NCBI GenBank assembly: GCA_965656495.1
Contig: CBFHKU010000006.1
Location: forward strand, 104,282 to 154,993
DNA from: Coraliomargaritaceae bacterium
GTDB lineage: Bacteria; Verrucomicrobiota; Verrucomicrobiia; Opitutales; Coraliomargaritaceae
Reading direction: 5' to 3'
Length of the DNA stretch: 50,712 nucleotides
In this document: positions 50,579 to 50,712 of the stretch, in pieces
How the letters are laid out: the number at the start of each line of letters is the position of its first letter
How positions within the stretch are numbered: the stretch's first letter is position 1
The notes under the pieces: generated by a model
What the model was told of the DNA's origin: nothing
Database searches by the model: none
The model's input: only the letters and a program-made list of their open reading frames with translations
Translations under genes and position numbers: made by a program

Positions 50579-50712
50579 TGATCGAGTTACCCAAACTGGG
50601 CCAGAGCTTTCGTTAGTCTGGATGGGTTAATGATGTGTTCTAAGTTGTAGAGTAAGTCAATGCTGGGGCGCAGGGAGGGCGTAGCCCGACCGGAGGCCCA
50701 GCATTGGGTTGG
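50579..50712 (-). mobile_element. Second identical IS right end, truncated by the window edge
   Basis: 50579-50712 is identical to 50403-50536 (134 bp, period 176). Confidence 0.7.

Overview
Mostly GC-rich housekeeping DNA, inferred to be from a Verrucomicrobiota/Opitutia-like bacterium (PEP-CTERM protein, long GreA, prepilin-type protein). Genes include nuoM-nuoN, dapL, panC-nadB-nth, nadA, tkt, hisI, rpmF-plsX-fabH-bamD-lptE, elbB, uppP, trpD, glmM, rsmB-like, greA, mnmA-xth-thiL-tsaE, a GH13 enzyme, a desaturase, gap-pgk-tpiA, dgkA, trmL and waaA. Three accessory regions stand out. (1) An AT-rich ~3 kb islet (~10850-13830) holds a tandem, mosaic array of BrnT-like and HicA/HicB-like toxin-antitoxin cassettes plus two families of small basic proteins. 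The cassettes are separated by three copies of a 183-bp non-coding element that ends in a hairpin plus U-run just before each toxin start. (2) A mosaic of REP-like palindromes and short tandem repeats lies at 44420-45070. (3) A tRNA-Ser(GGA) hotspot has a decayed upstream tRNA copy, a PEP-CTERM islet and a downstream tyrosine integrase. The integrase region (49083-50402) has only one GpC dinucleotide in ~1.3 kb, so the 424-aa protein has a single alanine, while GATC is enriched. IS3-family right ends interrupt the integrase 3' end. All counts were done by eye and no database searches were run.
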